A stretch of 62,827 nucleotides of DNA, filler included. It is 14 parts of 14 records of this genome, joined end to end, with 100 filler letters (N's around TTAATTAATTAA, not from the genome) between each part and the next. Parts side by side here need not be neighbours in the genome. Positions count along the whole stretch, not along the records: positions 44,971 to 50,591 come from SRR15195285_6861; positions 50,692 to 55,205 come from SRR15195285_6870; positions 55,306 to 59,354 come from SRR15195285_6872; 11 more parts are not named here. One strand, written 5' to 3'. Made by a program: the position numbers and the translations under genes. The notes under the pieces are model-generated. The model worked only from the letters and a program-made list of their open reading frames with translations, had not been told where the DNA came from and did not search any database. Of this stretch, positions 48,096-59,454 are shown piece by piece; the first letter of the stretch is position 1, and the number at the start of each line of letters is the position of its first letter.

Positions 48096-49574
48096 TTATC
48101 TTATCTGTGGCGCCATCAGCGCCACTGCTGCCACTCCTGAGCGTACAAGCGCGAACTTGGGGTCTGTTGCTCGAAGACGCCAGCGGTCTTGGGTCACGTC
48201 TAGGACCTCAATCTCTGACAATATCTTTGTCTTCCCATTTCCCCTTCCGCCCGCAACAAACAAAGCGCCCCTAATCCGGCACATCGTGTGGCCAGCACGG
48301 CCGTGGATCAGATCGGGTACGGCTTCCCAACAGTTGAGCACTGGATTGAAAGCTTCGCAAGTTGCATGAACCCCACGTTCGTCCTCGCCACCAGAGACAA
48401 TGAAGCGTCCATTCGTGTCGACACAGCCCGCGCAGAACTGGCGCCGGGCGCTGAGCGTTGGCAGGATCGACCACCGATTTTTCGCCGGATCGTAGATCTC
48501 CGCAAGCTGCCACTGTGTGCCCGGCTGCCCAGCCGCGAGTCCCCCAGCGACGATCACCCGGCCGTCTGGCAGCTTGCCAATCGCATGGTGACAGTAGCAG
48601 AAATGCATGTCCGGCAACGCAGTCCAAGTGCCTTTGGACACGTCCAGCACCTCCACGCTGCGCAGGTAGAGCTCGCCCCGGCTTCCACCTGCGACTAACA
48701 CACGCCCGTCGTCCAAGACCACGGCACGCGCGCCTGCACGGGGCTCTGTCATCGGGGGTAGCGACGTCCAGCTGTCGTTCTTGCAGATCTGCACGCTGGC
48801 GCTCTCCTGTGCGTGTGAACGGGATGTGGTCGCGCTCGCCGTGCCAGCGCCAGCTTGCGAGCTTGTATTTACGTTCTCTTTGTCAAGCTCGGAGACGCCT
48901 CCTTTGCTCCTCCATCGACCCTCGCTGCCACCGGCCATCAGCACGCGGCCGTCCGGAAACCCACACGTGGCCATGAAGCAGCGGCCGTTCGGCATGTCAG
49001 CGCAGCTCGAAAAGCCCATACTGACGAGATCCAGAGACTTGACGGTGCGGACGTTGAGACCTGACAACCGTGCCTCTTCGCCACCGAGGAGCACCACGGG
49101 TGGTTGTCGGCGCAACACGATGTCGACGGATTCAAAGCAACCCTTGGACACGCGCCGCAACCGGCATAGGGCCACGAGCCCAACGTCGTCGGCTTCGAGC
49201 ACACGCGTCACGACGGAGTCCGACTGCGCCAGCAGCTGGATGAGCGGGTTGTTGTGGTTCTGCTCGTATCTTTGCGCCAGCTCTTGCGGCGTCGGAGTAC
49301 GAACGGTTGCAGGAGCCTGCGGAGCGACTTGCTGCACGGCCACGTTGCCGGCCTCGCCACTCCCCTGCACGGATGGCGTGGACGCCGCGCTCGGGTAAAT
49401 CACCTCGCGGCAGTAGGCGCAGCGCACTGCCGGCGCTACGCACGGCGCCTCCATCATCCCCGTGCAGTGCGGGCACACCACCTGCTCGCCCAACGCGAAC
49501 ACCACCGCCTCGAGGCCACCACCCACCGCCACGCGGCTTCCCATCCGCGCCACTCCAGTGCTCACGCCCGGCAT
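48096..49574 (-). CDS. Kelch-repeat protein with N-terminal CxxC-CxxC zinc ribbon and possible F-box-like segment
   Basis: About six Kelch repeats (DGRVLVAGG...SVEVLD...W); CPHC...CAYC; LCRLRRVSK. Confidence 0.85.
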   Translation of the reverse strand: MPGVSTGVARMGSRVAVGGGLEAVVFALGEQVVCPHCTGMMEAPCVAPAVRCAYCREVIYPSAASTPSVQGSGEAGNVAVQQVAPQAPATVRTPTPQELAQRYEQNHNNPLIQLLAQSDSVVTRVLEADDVGLVALCRLRRVSKGCFESVDIVLRRQPPVVLLGGEEARLSGLNVRTVKSLDLVSMGFSSCADMPNGRCFMATCGFPDGRVLMAGGSEGRWRSKGGVSELDKENVNTSSQAGAGTASATTSRSHAQESASVQICKNDSWTSLPPMTEPRAGARAVVLDDGRVLVAGGSRGELYLRSVEVLDVSKGTWTALPDMHFCYCHHAIGKLPDGRVIVAGGLAAGQPGTQWQLAEIYDPAKNRWSILPTLSARRQFCAGCVDTNGRFIVSGGEDERGVHATCEAFNPVLNCWEAVPDLIHGRAGHTMCRIRGALFVAGGRGNGKTKILSEIEVLDVTQDRWRLRATDPKFALVRSGVAAVALMAPQIR

Positions 49575-50180
49575 CCCCTAGCCCCTCCCTCTAGTGCCAA
49601 CCTTATCTCCCAGTGATCTCTACACTATATATATATCGAAGAAGAGAGCGACCTCAGAGACCGCAGACCCCAGAGAGACCGAGCTGCTCAGAGAGCGCAG
49701 CTAGGGCGAGCGAGCCGCACCGCTCTCGAGATCGAGCCACAGCTACGTATATCTCCAGAGAGCGAGCGAACGAGCGAACGAGCGAACGAGCGGTTGAATG
49801 GGCTTCAGAGGCCCCAGAGGCCCCGGTGGAACACTATCAATATATACAAGCTCAGGCACAGAGACCTCAGGAAGAGCCAGGCTTCTCGTGGCGTTGGCGT
49901 TGGCGTTGACGGACGTTGAGACTTGAGTGCAGATTTTCATATTCCGGATCCGGATCTGGATCGATCGTTTTTCCATGTTTAGTGAAGTAAACGTCCGATG
50001 TTGTCATGAATTGTTATCACCGTGTTTTTGAAAGTATGCATTTGTACAGCGGGATCCGCGCTTGATTTTCCATGAACGTGAGAACGTCGATTCGAATCGA
50101 TGTCTCGTTTTAAAACGCGGAGTCGATGGTCAGAACCAAAAGACCAAACTCAAAATGAAAAGTCTAAAAGTGGATGCGGA

Positions 50181-50591
50181 TCACGCGAAGCAGACGACCC
50201 AGCCTCCGCCGAGCGAGTGGTGGCTCCACGGCTGGCCACATGTCCCCTCGGCGCCACAACCGTTGTCGTAGTTGCCGCCTCTATTGCCTTGGTTGGTATT
50301 GTCCGAGTGCCAACTCAACGACGCACCCGAGGCTACTAGCAAGCCACTCGGGCAATTGGAGCCGCCGCGTGTCGAGCCGTCGGGCAACGTGAGGAAGTCA
50401 CTTCTGACGCCCTCCGTGTCGAAGACCGTGCATGCACCAAGCACCCCACCACCACCGCCGATCACGATGGAACAGTCCTCGCTCGGATCGTATCCGTGCG
50501 GTCGCCCCACACAGCGGCCACTCGCTGAGACTTTGCATGGACCCGAGCTAACGGTGAAGGTGCCACCAAAAGCGTTTGGCGGATTGATCGA
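50181..50591 (-). CDS. C-terminal CUB-like extracellular domain, 5' truncated
   Basis: C...YDPSEDCSI...FDTE...DFLTL...G...CPSG...LSWHSD...GWVVC. Confidence 0.55.
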   Translation of the reverse strand, partial: SINPPNAFGGTFTVSSGPCKVSASGRCVGRPHGYDPSEDCSIVIGGGGGVLGACTVFDTEGVRSDFLTLPDGSTRGGSNCPSGLLVASGASLSWHSDNTNQGNRGGNYDNGCGAEGTCGQPWSHHSLGGGWVVCFA

Positions 50592-50780
50592 NNNNNNNNN
50601 NNNNNNNNNNNNNNNNNNNNNNNNNNNNNNNNNNNTTAATTAATTAANNNNNNNNNNNNNNNNNNNNNNNNNNNNNNNNNNNNNNNNNNNNGTGTCTGTC
50701 TGTCTGTCGAGGGAAACGTACGGTAGAGAGAGAGAGAGAGCTGAGAGTCTCCACCATACGCTGTGGATGTGTGCTCGCAG

Positions 50781-51872
50781 AGAATGGCCCGGCGGTCTCT
50801 GCGGGCGTGTTTCAGCGGCCGACGCAGAAGATCAGCCATGAGGAGCGCGTGGCCGCCGTGCGCTCGCGGGCGCAGGTGGTGAAGGGTGTGCTGACGGAGG
50901 GCGAGATTGCAGCGCTGGACGAGATGTACAGAGGCATCAAGGCGGAGGCGCTCGCGGAAGCAGACGCGTCCGGCAGCGAGCAGCTGAGCCACCCAGCGCT
51001 GATCGGGCTGAGGGACTCAGCGCACCATACCGCGTTTCTGCACGTACCTTCTCCGCTCAATAAGCGGTAGCAAGCTTACAGACCCCTACTCTCACTGCGT
51101 GGTTCGCCAGTGCGTGTCTAGAGTACTGCTGTGATCGAGGTTCCTATTGGTCGGAACAGGTAGGTGCGAAGGTGGATCGAGAGCTACCGCACGTCCGCAA
51201 GAAGGTGCTGGAGACAATGCGCGCTGTCGACCGTGCGCACTGGGGACTGCTAGAGCCTCAGGCAGAAGCCGTGGGCGCTTCGTCGGTCGAGGAAGGAGAG
51301 GCTGGACGAGCGTACGTTGCCTCGTGGTCCTTGCTGTGCGAGCTGTGCGCTACAGTAGTCGCCAGTGCTCGGCACCAACGTTAGCTGCTGGTCGGCTGGT
51401 CGGCCGGTCCTCACGCTTGTGTCCACTGCTGGCCGTCCATCGCAGCAACATTAGGGTGTTTGAGTACCACGAGTACACTGTGGGTGGCGAGGTGTGCGAC
51501 CCGACGCACTCTGATGGAGGCTCCTTAGTCACGATGAGCGTGCTTCTCAACGATAAGGTATGCCGCCGCCGCCGCCGCTTCCGCTACGAGTGCTGCCAGC
51601 AGCACCACCTGAACAACGAATTGGGAGCCATGTGTCTGACAATCATGTTTGGTGGCGCGCGCACGCAGTCGGACTTTACCGGTGGCGAGTTCACCACGCT
51701 GGAGGAAGACGGCGTCACAGTGACGAACCATCTATCAGTCGAGAAGGGCGACGCCATTGTATTCCAAAGCGAGAAGTGGCACTCAGTGCAGGTGGTGGAA
51801 TCAGGCACGAGAAGGTCGCTGGTAATAGAGCTATGGGCGGGGCCGCGCAACATGCATGGGCGAGATCTGTGA
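50781..51872 (+). CDS. 2OG-Fe(II) dioxygenase (prolyl-hydroxylase-like), multi-exon, probably 5' partial
   Basis: YHEY...HSD (HxD)...VTMSVLL...FTGGEF...GDAIVF...WHSV...GTRRSLVIELW. Confidence 0.85.
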
Positions 51873-52013
51873 ATGGTTGATCTTTGCCGTTGGCTTAGTC
51901 AACGTTTTTGTTCGTTCGCGCGTTGACTCACACAGCAAGGCGCATGGACACCGTTCACGCTCAATCCAAATGGGCACACCATGCGCACATGACCTAGGTC
52001 GATTTTTGATAGC

Positions 52014-55000
52014 TTAGCTGCCCGCTGTACCCTCCTCTGCCTCTTTTCTTTTTGTGTAGATTCTGTTGACGTAGAGCTGCACAAGTCTGCGCTGCACGTC
52101 CGTCAGCTGTGCCAGCTCGTCATTCATCTTGTTGCCCAGCAGCAAATGCATATTTACACAGCACAAAACCTGCGGACAGACAAACAGTCATGCAGATGTT
52201 CAATCAATGACGTAAGCACAATTTGAATATCGCGCGCGAGTGATTGTGGGGTGGAAGGAATACGACTTCGGCGACGGTGACGTACCACAACTTTTCGCAC
52301 TTCAACTCCTTTGTGGTCCATGCAATCCCTCAGAGGCCCGAAAATATCTGGCAGGGACTGCTGAAGCTCATCAGCTGGTGATCGAGTCACGAGATCGCAC
52401 AGCTGCCGCAGACTCTGCAGCAGCTCGGTGGTGTCTTCGTCGTCCGCTCGCTGGCTAATCACATCCGCACAGTTCTGCATGGCAAGATTGTGAGCGTTAG
52501 CCGCCTCGGGTTCTGCAGATGCAACAGTCGTGTCTTCAGGCTCCACAACCTGTTCGTCCTGTACCGGCGCAGTCGGTGATACCGAGGAAGCAGAACCACT
52601 TCGACGCAGAGATGCAACCTCTTCCTCCAGTTGCTCTAGCCTGTCTGTATCTGGAGGCGGTTTGTGCGCGAACAGCGGGTGCTGTGATGCGACTTCTTCT
52701 ACTACCTGTTCCTGCTGCTGTTGCTTGACTGTTGACGACGTGCCCATGCTCGGTTTGTCTGTGGTAATCGGTTCGGCTTTCGGCTTTCGTGCCGTGGGCG
52801 TAGGCTTCTGTCGGGGCACAGCAGGTTTCTGCTTCTGCCGTCGGGTTTCCTCGACAGGCTGTTGGGGCGGTTCCTGGTCTTGCTGCACGGATTTCGTGGT
52901 TCGAGATTGTCGCACTGTGTGGTGCGAGGCAGTGCCAGTATCGTTGTTCTCCGCTCGTGCCCTCGAAGCAGCTGCCGTATCCTCGCACTGGCAGGGCTGA
53001 GCCTCTTGGCTCTGCTGTTGTATCTCCTTCGAGAGCTTTCGACCGCGCCGGCCTCGGGCGATGGACTGAATCACTGTGGCGGCTGCTTCTGGACTCCCCC
53101 GCGCTGGAAGTGGTGCCTTGCGAGCGGTTTTTCGCAGCGACGGTGTGTCGACAGTGCCGCCAATGCTGAAGCCAGGTACCAGCGGAGCGAGCACTCCAGT
53201 CACATCGCGCTGTTCCTCTGCAGTTCGTTTGCGCATTCGGGCAGTGAATGCTTCTGGACCAGCATTGTGAAGTCTGTGTAGACACTGTGCTGCGGCTCTA
53301 CGGAAATCGGGTTTCTTGTGCTTGATGTACGGTACAATTTTCTCCAGAAATAGCTTCATCTGCACACGTGACAAAAAATCAGATATCAGTTGCGAAGCTT
53401 ATGCTATGAATTTTGCAGATAAGGATTCAAAAGGTCATTTTACCTGCTTTGCTGAGCCAACGAATGACGCACAAGCCTCGTGCTGGTCGCCTGTCAGCAA
53501 ACTGATCGTCAGATCGAGGCATGCACCTTGGATGTTCGGGTTCTTGTGCACAAAACTTTTGAGAACTGATGACAACAGTGCCTCGGGAACACAGTGAGCT
53601 GTACAACACAGAGCAGCAGGTTTGCTGTTAGTGTGCGAGGCTGTGGTTCATAGCGCAGTGAATCCAAGCAAAACGTTTGCAAACTTTTTTGCACTCTACG
53701 ACTTACATTGCATTTTGTCCAGAGTAGCACGAACAGCAACTTTAGTCGCGCGATCCTTTGCAACAGTTTTAAGCAGCACAGCCGGCAGCAAGGTGCTTAG
53801 GTGTTGCTCAGAAAAGAGTTCTCCGTACGACTCGACGTAGCAGGCAAATGCTTCCAGGCATGCCGCTGCAACCTTCTCGTTCCCGTCCGCGGTGTGTTCA
53901 GACAGCAGAGACACAAGCTTGTCGAATAGCTTGTGGACAGAGTTTGCTTCAAGGCTACTGCAAATTTCTCTAAGCTCATGAAACGACTCGACACGAACCG
54001 ATGCACTGCCATCCGCACAATTTCTCGCCGCAGTGAGGAAAACTGTCTCCGCACTCTCGCTTGGCTGCAGCCCCGTGGACCCACTGCCCTCCACTGCCGC
54101 CGTCGTCTTGGCATGCTCAGCATCTGCGGTCTTGCTCGGCTTGATCGCCGAGATGTCCGCAGCTGTTCGACCCCTAGCCGTTCGCTGTGCTTCACCGAGC
54201 CCAGCAGTGCGTCGGCGGCGCCCTTCTTCAGGCCGTGTTGCCTCAGAAGTGATAGGCTCGGCTTTTCTCGGAATCTCCTGCGGCTGCTGATGTTCAGTCT
54301 CATGCGAACAGCCCCGTTCTTCCATCTCTTCGATGTCACCCATTGTCTTCCGCACGCCGTTGAGCTGTCGCACGGCACTTGGGTCGAGTGTCGCCAGCAG
54401 CTTATTTGCTGCGGGCTCCCAGCGCGCGTGTAGATACCAGAAGCACTGACGCGCCGCCGTTCTCGCTCCAGGAGACGAATCGGCCTGCATGCGCCTGATG
54501 CACTCGACGATTGCGGAGAGCTGCTTCTTTACTGCAGCGGCGGGCCACTGCTGCACGATGAAGCTCAGGTGCTCGATGGCAGCGGTGCGGCAGATAGGGG
54601 ACTTTTCTGCTTTTGCATCGCACGCATTGGTAAGCGGGAGGATCATCTTGGATGCGTGCACGTTCGAGAGCAGCGTCGCCATGCACTCTTGCGAATCCTC
54701 GATCACGCCGTGCGTCTGGCCATCGCGGATGTTCTTCATCAGCGCGCGGACGTAGAGCTCGCCATGCTTTGCCAGCTTGCTCTCCAGCGCTTCGGCGAGG
54801 CAGCAGACTGTGGCACAGCCCACCTTTACCAGCGCGGGTTTGGAGGAGGCGCTGCGCGTCGTCATGTCCAGCACCGGCTCTTGTAGCATGGCGACAAAGA
54901 GCTCCATGAAGTGAGGGCTCTCGCAGCAGCCATCGGCCACCAGCTGCTGCAGCGCCTCGAGGCCCTTGGCACGGATCCCCCACTCGCCGAGCTTGTTGTT

Positions 55001-55147
55001 GTTCTGCTCGACGATTTTCTCAAACGCCGCCTCCAGCTTGGCCGCGGACAACCCGGCGGCTCGCGGCTTCGCGACCTCGTGGCGCACCGGCGACGCCTCC
55101 GCGTTCCCAGAGACTTCCGCTCCGAACGCCCGCGTGTCGGTGGCCAT
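52014..55147 (-). CDS. CLASP: CLASP-family TOG/HEAT microtubule regulator, multi-exon
   Basis: CLASP_N-like W..R..GL...ADSSPGARTAARQCFW...LLATLDP; second HEAT region; C-terminal MDHKGVEVRKVVV-FC...LTDVQRRLVQLYV. Confidence 0.8.
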
Positions 55148-55741
55148 CGCCAGTAGTAGCCGTGCCTCTCTCTCTACCACCACCACCACGGGCAGCACAA
55201 GCCTCNNNNNNNNNNNNNNNNNNNNNNNNNNNNNNNNNNNNNNNNNNNNTTAATTAATTAANNNNNNNNNNNNNNNNNNNNNNNNNNNNNNNNNNNNNNN
55301 NNNNNTATAGTGTGTTAGAGCCCATCCAAGCAGCGTCGTAGGGGGAGTTGCTCAGTGGGGATGGCCCGCCGGGGGCGCAGGCACCAGGCAGGCCGGGCGG
55401 GGACGGACGTTCACGGCGGGTCGGTGCAGCATTGTCCATTGATCGGCGTGGATGCACTGGGACCATTGCACCCGTCGCTCGCGCGCGCCGGCCGCGCGGG
55501 CGCCGCGCGGGTATCGCGTACGATACGCGCGGCGGCCCCGCGGGACAAGACGAAGCCAGGCACGCAGCGCTGCACGTGAGGGTCACGCACGGACGCTAAC
55601 GCCCAGCTCACCGGCCCAGTCCTCCTTGAGCTCGTAGCAGGTGGCGACCGTCTGCTGCTGCCCTTCCGCCAGCAGCGGATCCAGCTCCTTCGTGTCCACT
55701 TCCTTACAGACGTGAATCGACTGCACTAGTAGACGGCACTG

Positions 55742-56848
55742 ATGCCGCGGCTGCCAGCCACCACCGCGCCAGCAATGGCACAGCAGCAGCCTGACCAGCC
55801 TGGTCAGGTGTGGGGGTCGTCGTCCCAATATGACCAGGCGGACGAGGGCGCGAAAGGTAGCGGCAGTGTACACCAACCCCTCCGTGGCTCGGCCGTGCCA
55901 CATGAAGCTACACTTGTGATGGGCTCCAACCCGTCGACGATGGATACAGCGGTGACCGCGGTAGACGTTGGGCCCGGGTACCTAACCGATGCGCGACCGC
56001 TCGTCACAGTGCACAAGCAAAATGCGCTGCGGTTGTTGCTGGCGGCCACAATTGGCGCAGTAATCAGTGGCCTCATCGTCGGGCTGGTTGTGCGGAAGGG
56101 CTCCGCCGACGTGCCGGCTGCTGCCGTGGTGGACAACACCGACGGTAGACCTCTCACCGGGCCCGGCTTAGCAGCCTGTCCAAAAACGCTGAGCAATGGG
56201 TCGTCGCTGAGACATCTGGGTGCTTACAGCCAGTATGGGCTGCCTGCTGACGGGCACTTCTACGCTGGGCACGCTGCTCGGGTAGTATGTGGAGAAGGCT
56301 TTAGGCTTGCTGACGCGACGCCGGCCGACCACGTGCTGTTGTGCCGCCTGACTGTGTCTGGAACAGCAGAGTGGTCAATGGTGAGCGATGCGACAGGTGT
56401 GTTGCCGAACTGCGAGCTCTCCCTGGAGCCACAGCCGGAGCCGGAGGTAGACGTTACACGTCAGTGCTGCGCGCATAATTCGAGCGTTTACGTCACAGCC
56501 AATTCCGATTGCCTGCGTGGCGGATGGGTACTTGGAGGCAGCGCAACAGCTCCAACCTGGACAGGGCAGCATGGCGCTGATGACGAACCATGGATTGGTT
56601 GGCGAGGAGATCTGCTTGGTGGTATTTGGATCGCCTCGATCGGCCCGGGCTACATCACGTGCGACTGGACACTTCAAAACGAGCAAGACTACGGCTCCCA
56701 GGGACAACACCCCATTGGATGCACTGAGGGCAACGAAGCACCCCCAAGTGGAGCCCCCTCGAGCTGCACGCGGTGGCAAGCGAACTCCGGCTACAGCATG
56801 GAAATCCTACCCGCCGACTTTAGTGTCCAGCGGTGTAAAATTTGCTAA
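55742..56848 (+). CDS. Type II single-pass membrane protein with Sushi/CCP-like and Cys/Trp-rich extracellular domains
   Basis: TM LLLAATIGAVISGLIVGLVV; C..LSNG...G..ARVVCGEGFRL...LLC...W....PNC. Confidence 0.6.
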   Translation: MPRLPATTAPAMAQQQPDQPGQVWGSSSQYDQADEGAKGSGSVHQPLRGSAVPHEATLVMGSNPSTMDTAVTAVDVGPGYLTDARPLVTVHKQNALRLLLAATIGAVISGLIVGLVVRKGSADVPAAAVVDNTDGRPLTGPGLAACPKTLSNGSSLRHLGAYSQYGLPADGHFYAGHAARVVCGEGFRLADATPADHVLLCRLTVSGTAEWSMVSDATGVLPNCELSLEPQPEPEVDVTRQCCAHNSSVYVTANSDCLRGGWVLGGSATAPTWTGQHGADDEPWIGWRGDLLGGIWIASIGPGYITCDWTLQNEQDYGSQGQHPIGCTEGNEAPPSGAPSSCTRWQANSGYSMEILPADFSVQRCKIC

Positions 56849-57067
56849 CAAATTATTCTTCTCAGATCTAGGCAGGAAGACCTCATCTGTCGCGCAGATC
56901 ATCGATGACCCGTGGCCTCGGTCGTTGGACGTGGTTCCACAAATCACTAAATTATCGCTTCGGGGAACATGGCCAAAAGTAGCTACTAGTACGAGTACAT
57001 GGCATCGGGAAAAATGGCTCCTCATTAATGTGTATATTGATATATATCTCTTGTTCTTTTATGATTC

Positions 57068-59161
57068 TTAATCTACAGCGTGCCGCAAATGCTGCGGTAG
57101 AGATTCTCTCGCATCTACTTCTACTTCCTGCATGGGATTCTCGCAGTCACAACGACTGCGGCAACCCTCGCCTTTTGGCTCACCCTTCTTCGCACAAGTT
57201 CCCTGTGGTGTACAATGTGTCGGCTGATCCTTCATTCGCGTTGCAACCGGCGTAGAAAAGCCGTCGACGTCGCGCCAAGCGTCATTCGTTGGTACTGACC
57301 CGTATTCATTACGACGTGCCTCAGACGGTTGCACCAACCACAAGAGAATCGCGCACATACTGAGCATGTTGAGCACTGGCACGAGCAGCAGCAGGAGCCG
57401 CCAGCCACTGCGGCCTGTGTCATGGAGGCGCCGCACAGTTGCGAAAAGGAACGATATCAGCACCGCTGTGGCGATAACCACAGCAACCAGGGCATCAAAC
57501 GCCATCATTGACTGCAAGATACGCATCGGCTGCTGCCCACGCTCTGATGATGCAACATCACCAGGAAGCGTCGGTGGTGCTGGTGGAGCAGCCGCTTCGA
57601 TGAACTGCGCGACAGGTGTTCCCGCCCAGATCTGCCGATCGCTCAAAGGTTTCTGCGTCATTTCATCGAAAACCCGAGGCACCTGTGCATGGCGGATCTC
57701 GTGCGCCTTCTCCGATTCTCCGAGTGCAGCCAGGACAATCAGAACACCCGGCCCAAAGAGCATGTACCACCAATATTCAGACCGAGAAGCACGGCCTGCC
57801 TTTGTGAAGGTCTTGCTCACACCGCTCGCAATGGCATTGATCGGACCCATCCAATTCTCCAGTAACTCGTGCGGCTCGCCTTCCCTGTTATCGTTGATGG
57901 CGTCGGTAGCGTCGGTGGTATCGACCGCAACGTGTTCTACTCCTGTCTCATCGCCACTAGGCTGGCTGGGCTCACACTCATCATGCCACGAGCCGTTCAT
58001 CGGTACAGATCCGAATGCGTTGAGGTGTGCCAACGAGCCGCGCATCAGCCAGAACGAAATCGGCAAGACAGTCAACACGTTGAGAACCGGCACGAACAGC
58101 GTCAAGAGCCACGATCCACTGTGGCTCGTGTCGTGCAGGCGGCGGACAGTCGCAGAAAGCAGTGACAGAACCAGCGTGGCGGTGCTCAGCCTGTGTAGCA
58201 ACGGCAGGCACACCGATAGGAATTCCGCAGCCTCGTTCAGCAACAGATCCGGATGATGTTCTCCAGGCATCCATTTCTGCTGCCATCCAGCCATTGGCAT
58301 CGAGCCACTGAGATCCGCCAAGCCGAGTAGAGCGAATGTAACAAACAGCACGTAAGACCAGTACTCGGACCGTGACGCACGACCTGCCTTCTGAAAACTC
58401 TTACGCATGCCGCGGACGATGGCGTGGACAGGGCCCATCCGATACTCCGGCAAGTCCTGTGGCTCGCCCAAGCTTCGCTTCGGGCCTGCGCGCGAGCTGG
58501 TCCAAGCGCAAGCGACCAGGAACGCAAGGAAGACGCAGCTGGATGGCAACGCGAAGGGGTCGCCCTGGATGGCCTGGATGAGTACCGACGAATCACTTGT
58601 CACGATGTGCCACGCGGCCATGCAGTCAGCGCGGCAGATTCCATCGCCGGCGCTGCCGGCGGTGGCCTTCTTCGCAAGTCCATCGCTTATCAGCTGGTCC
58701 AGCGACTCCGAGGGGATCAACATATCCTCCAGCTGCCGAAGTTCCGCGACGTTGTTGCAGGTGAGCTGCGCCATCTGGTCAGGGTCGCCTCTGCGGGGGT
58801 ACGCCTGCCGCGCCATGCTGCGGCAGAAGCGCTCGGCGTTGCTCGTGGTAACCAGGGATGCAAGAGCGCCCGACGAGATGATCCAGAGGAATGCGATGTA
58901 AACGGCGGTGCCGAGCGCGGTCACGGTGCAGATCGACCAGTTCACGGTGGCGCGATAGGCGATGTTGGTCGGGCTGGAGAGCATGAGCGCGATGCCGGCG
59001 GGCACGAGGAGCGCGGTGAGCGCTCCGGCGTCCAGCCAAAAGATGCACAGCGCGACGGCCACAACGGCTTGCGCCGCGCCACCGTTCCGTGCGCGGCGGT
59101 GCTCCTGAGTGAGGTCACCCATGGTAGTAGCGGTAACGGAAGTGGCCGCGGCGGCGGTCAT
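57068..59161 (-). CDS. Multi-pass membrane protein with two tandem DUF805 (YhaH/YhaI-like) domains; start uncertain
   Basis: Two copies of MGP..AI..G..K.F.KAGRASRSEYW...VRRLHDT..SG..LL...VPVLN...N..G; intronless. Confidence 0.85.
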   Translation of the reverse strand: MTAAAATSVTATTMGDLTQEHRRARNGGAAQAVVAVALCIFWLDAGALTALLVPAGIALMLSSPTNIAYRATVNWSICTVTALGTAVYIAFLWIISSGALASLVTTSNAERFCRSMARQAYPRRGDPDQMAQLTCNNVAELRQLEDMLIPSESLDQLISDGLAKKATAGSAGDGICRADCMAAWHIVTSDSSVLIQAIQGDPFALPSSCVFLAFLVACAWTSSRAGPKRSLGEPQDLPEYRMGPVHAIVRGMRKSFQKAGRASRSEYWSYVLFVTFALLGLADLSGSMPMAGWQQKWMPGEHHPDLLLNEAAEFLSVCLPLLHRLSTATLVLSLLSATVRRLHDTSHSGSWLLTLFVPVLNVLTVLPISFWLMRGSLAHLNAFGSVPMNGSWHDECEPSQPSGDETGVEHVAVDTTDATDAINDNREGEPHELLENWMGPINAIASGVSKTFTKAGRASRSEYWWYMLFGPGVLIVLAALGESEKAHEIRHAQVPRVFDEMTQKPLSDRQIWAGTPVAQFIEAAAPPAPPTLPGDVASSERGQQPMRILQSMMAFDALVAVVIATAVLISFLFATVRRLHDTGRSGWRLLLLLVPVLNMLSMCAILLWLVQPSEARRNEYGSVPTNDAWRDVDGFSTPVATRMKDQPTHCTPQGTCAKKGEPKGEGCRSRCDCENPMQEVEVDARESLPQHLRHAVD

Positions 59162-59454
59162 GTGGGGGCGTTGTGTGGTGTACTGTAGGTTGTTGGCGGG
59201 AGTCCAGAGCGTCGGTGCTGGCACGCACTCACGCAGCCGCGCCGGCCGGCGGCGGCGCGCGCGCACAATCGTTTGGTCGTCGGAAACCCCCGCCGGGGAC
59301 GGAGAACCTCATCAACGCTTTCATTCAGGGTATCCAATGGATCTATTTTTCATCNNNNNNNNNNNNNNNNNNNNNNNNNNNNNNNNNNNNNNNNNNNNTT
59401 AATTAATTAANNNNNNNNNNNNNNNNNNNNNNNNNNNNNNNNNNNNNNNNNNNN

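Noticed and set aside
49600-49970. Possible ncRNA or array in GAGC/GAGA-rich intergenic DNA
   Set aside because: Low-complexity short repeats with no repeat-spacer periodicity or recognisable RNA family.
3383-59454. Regularly recurring TTAATTAATTAA motif as a biological repeat or array
   Set aside because: Always centred in 100-nt N spacers; it is an artificial concatenation linker.
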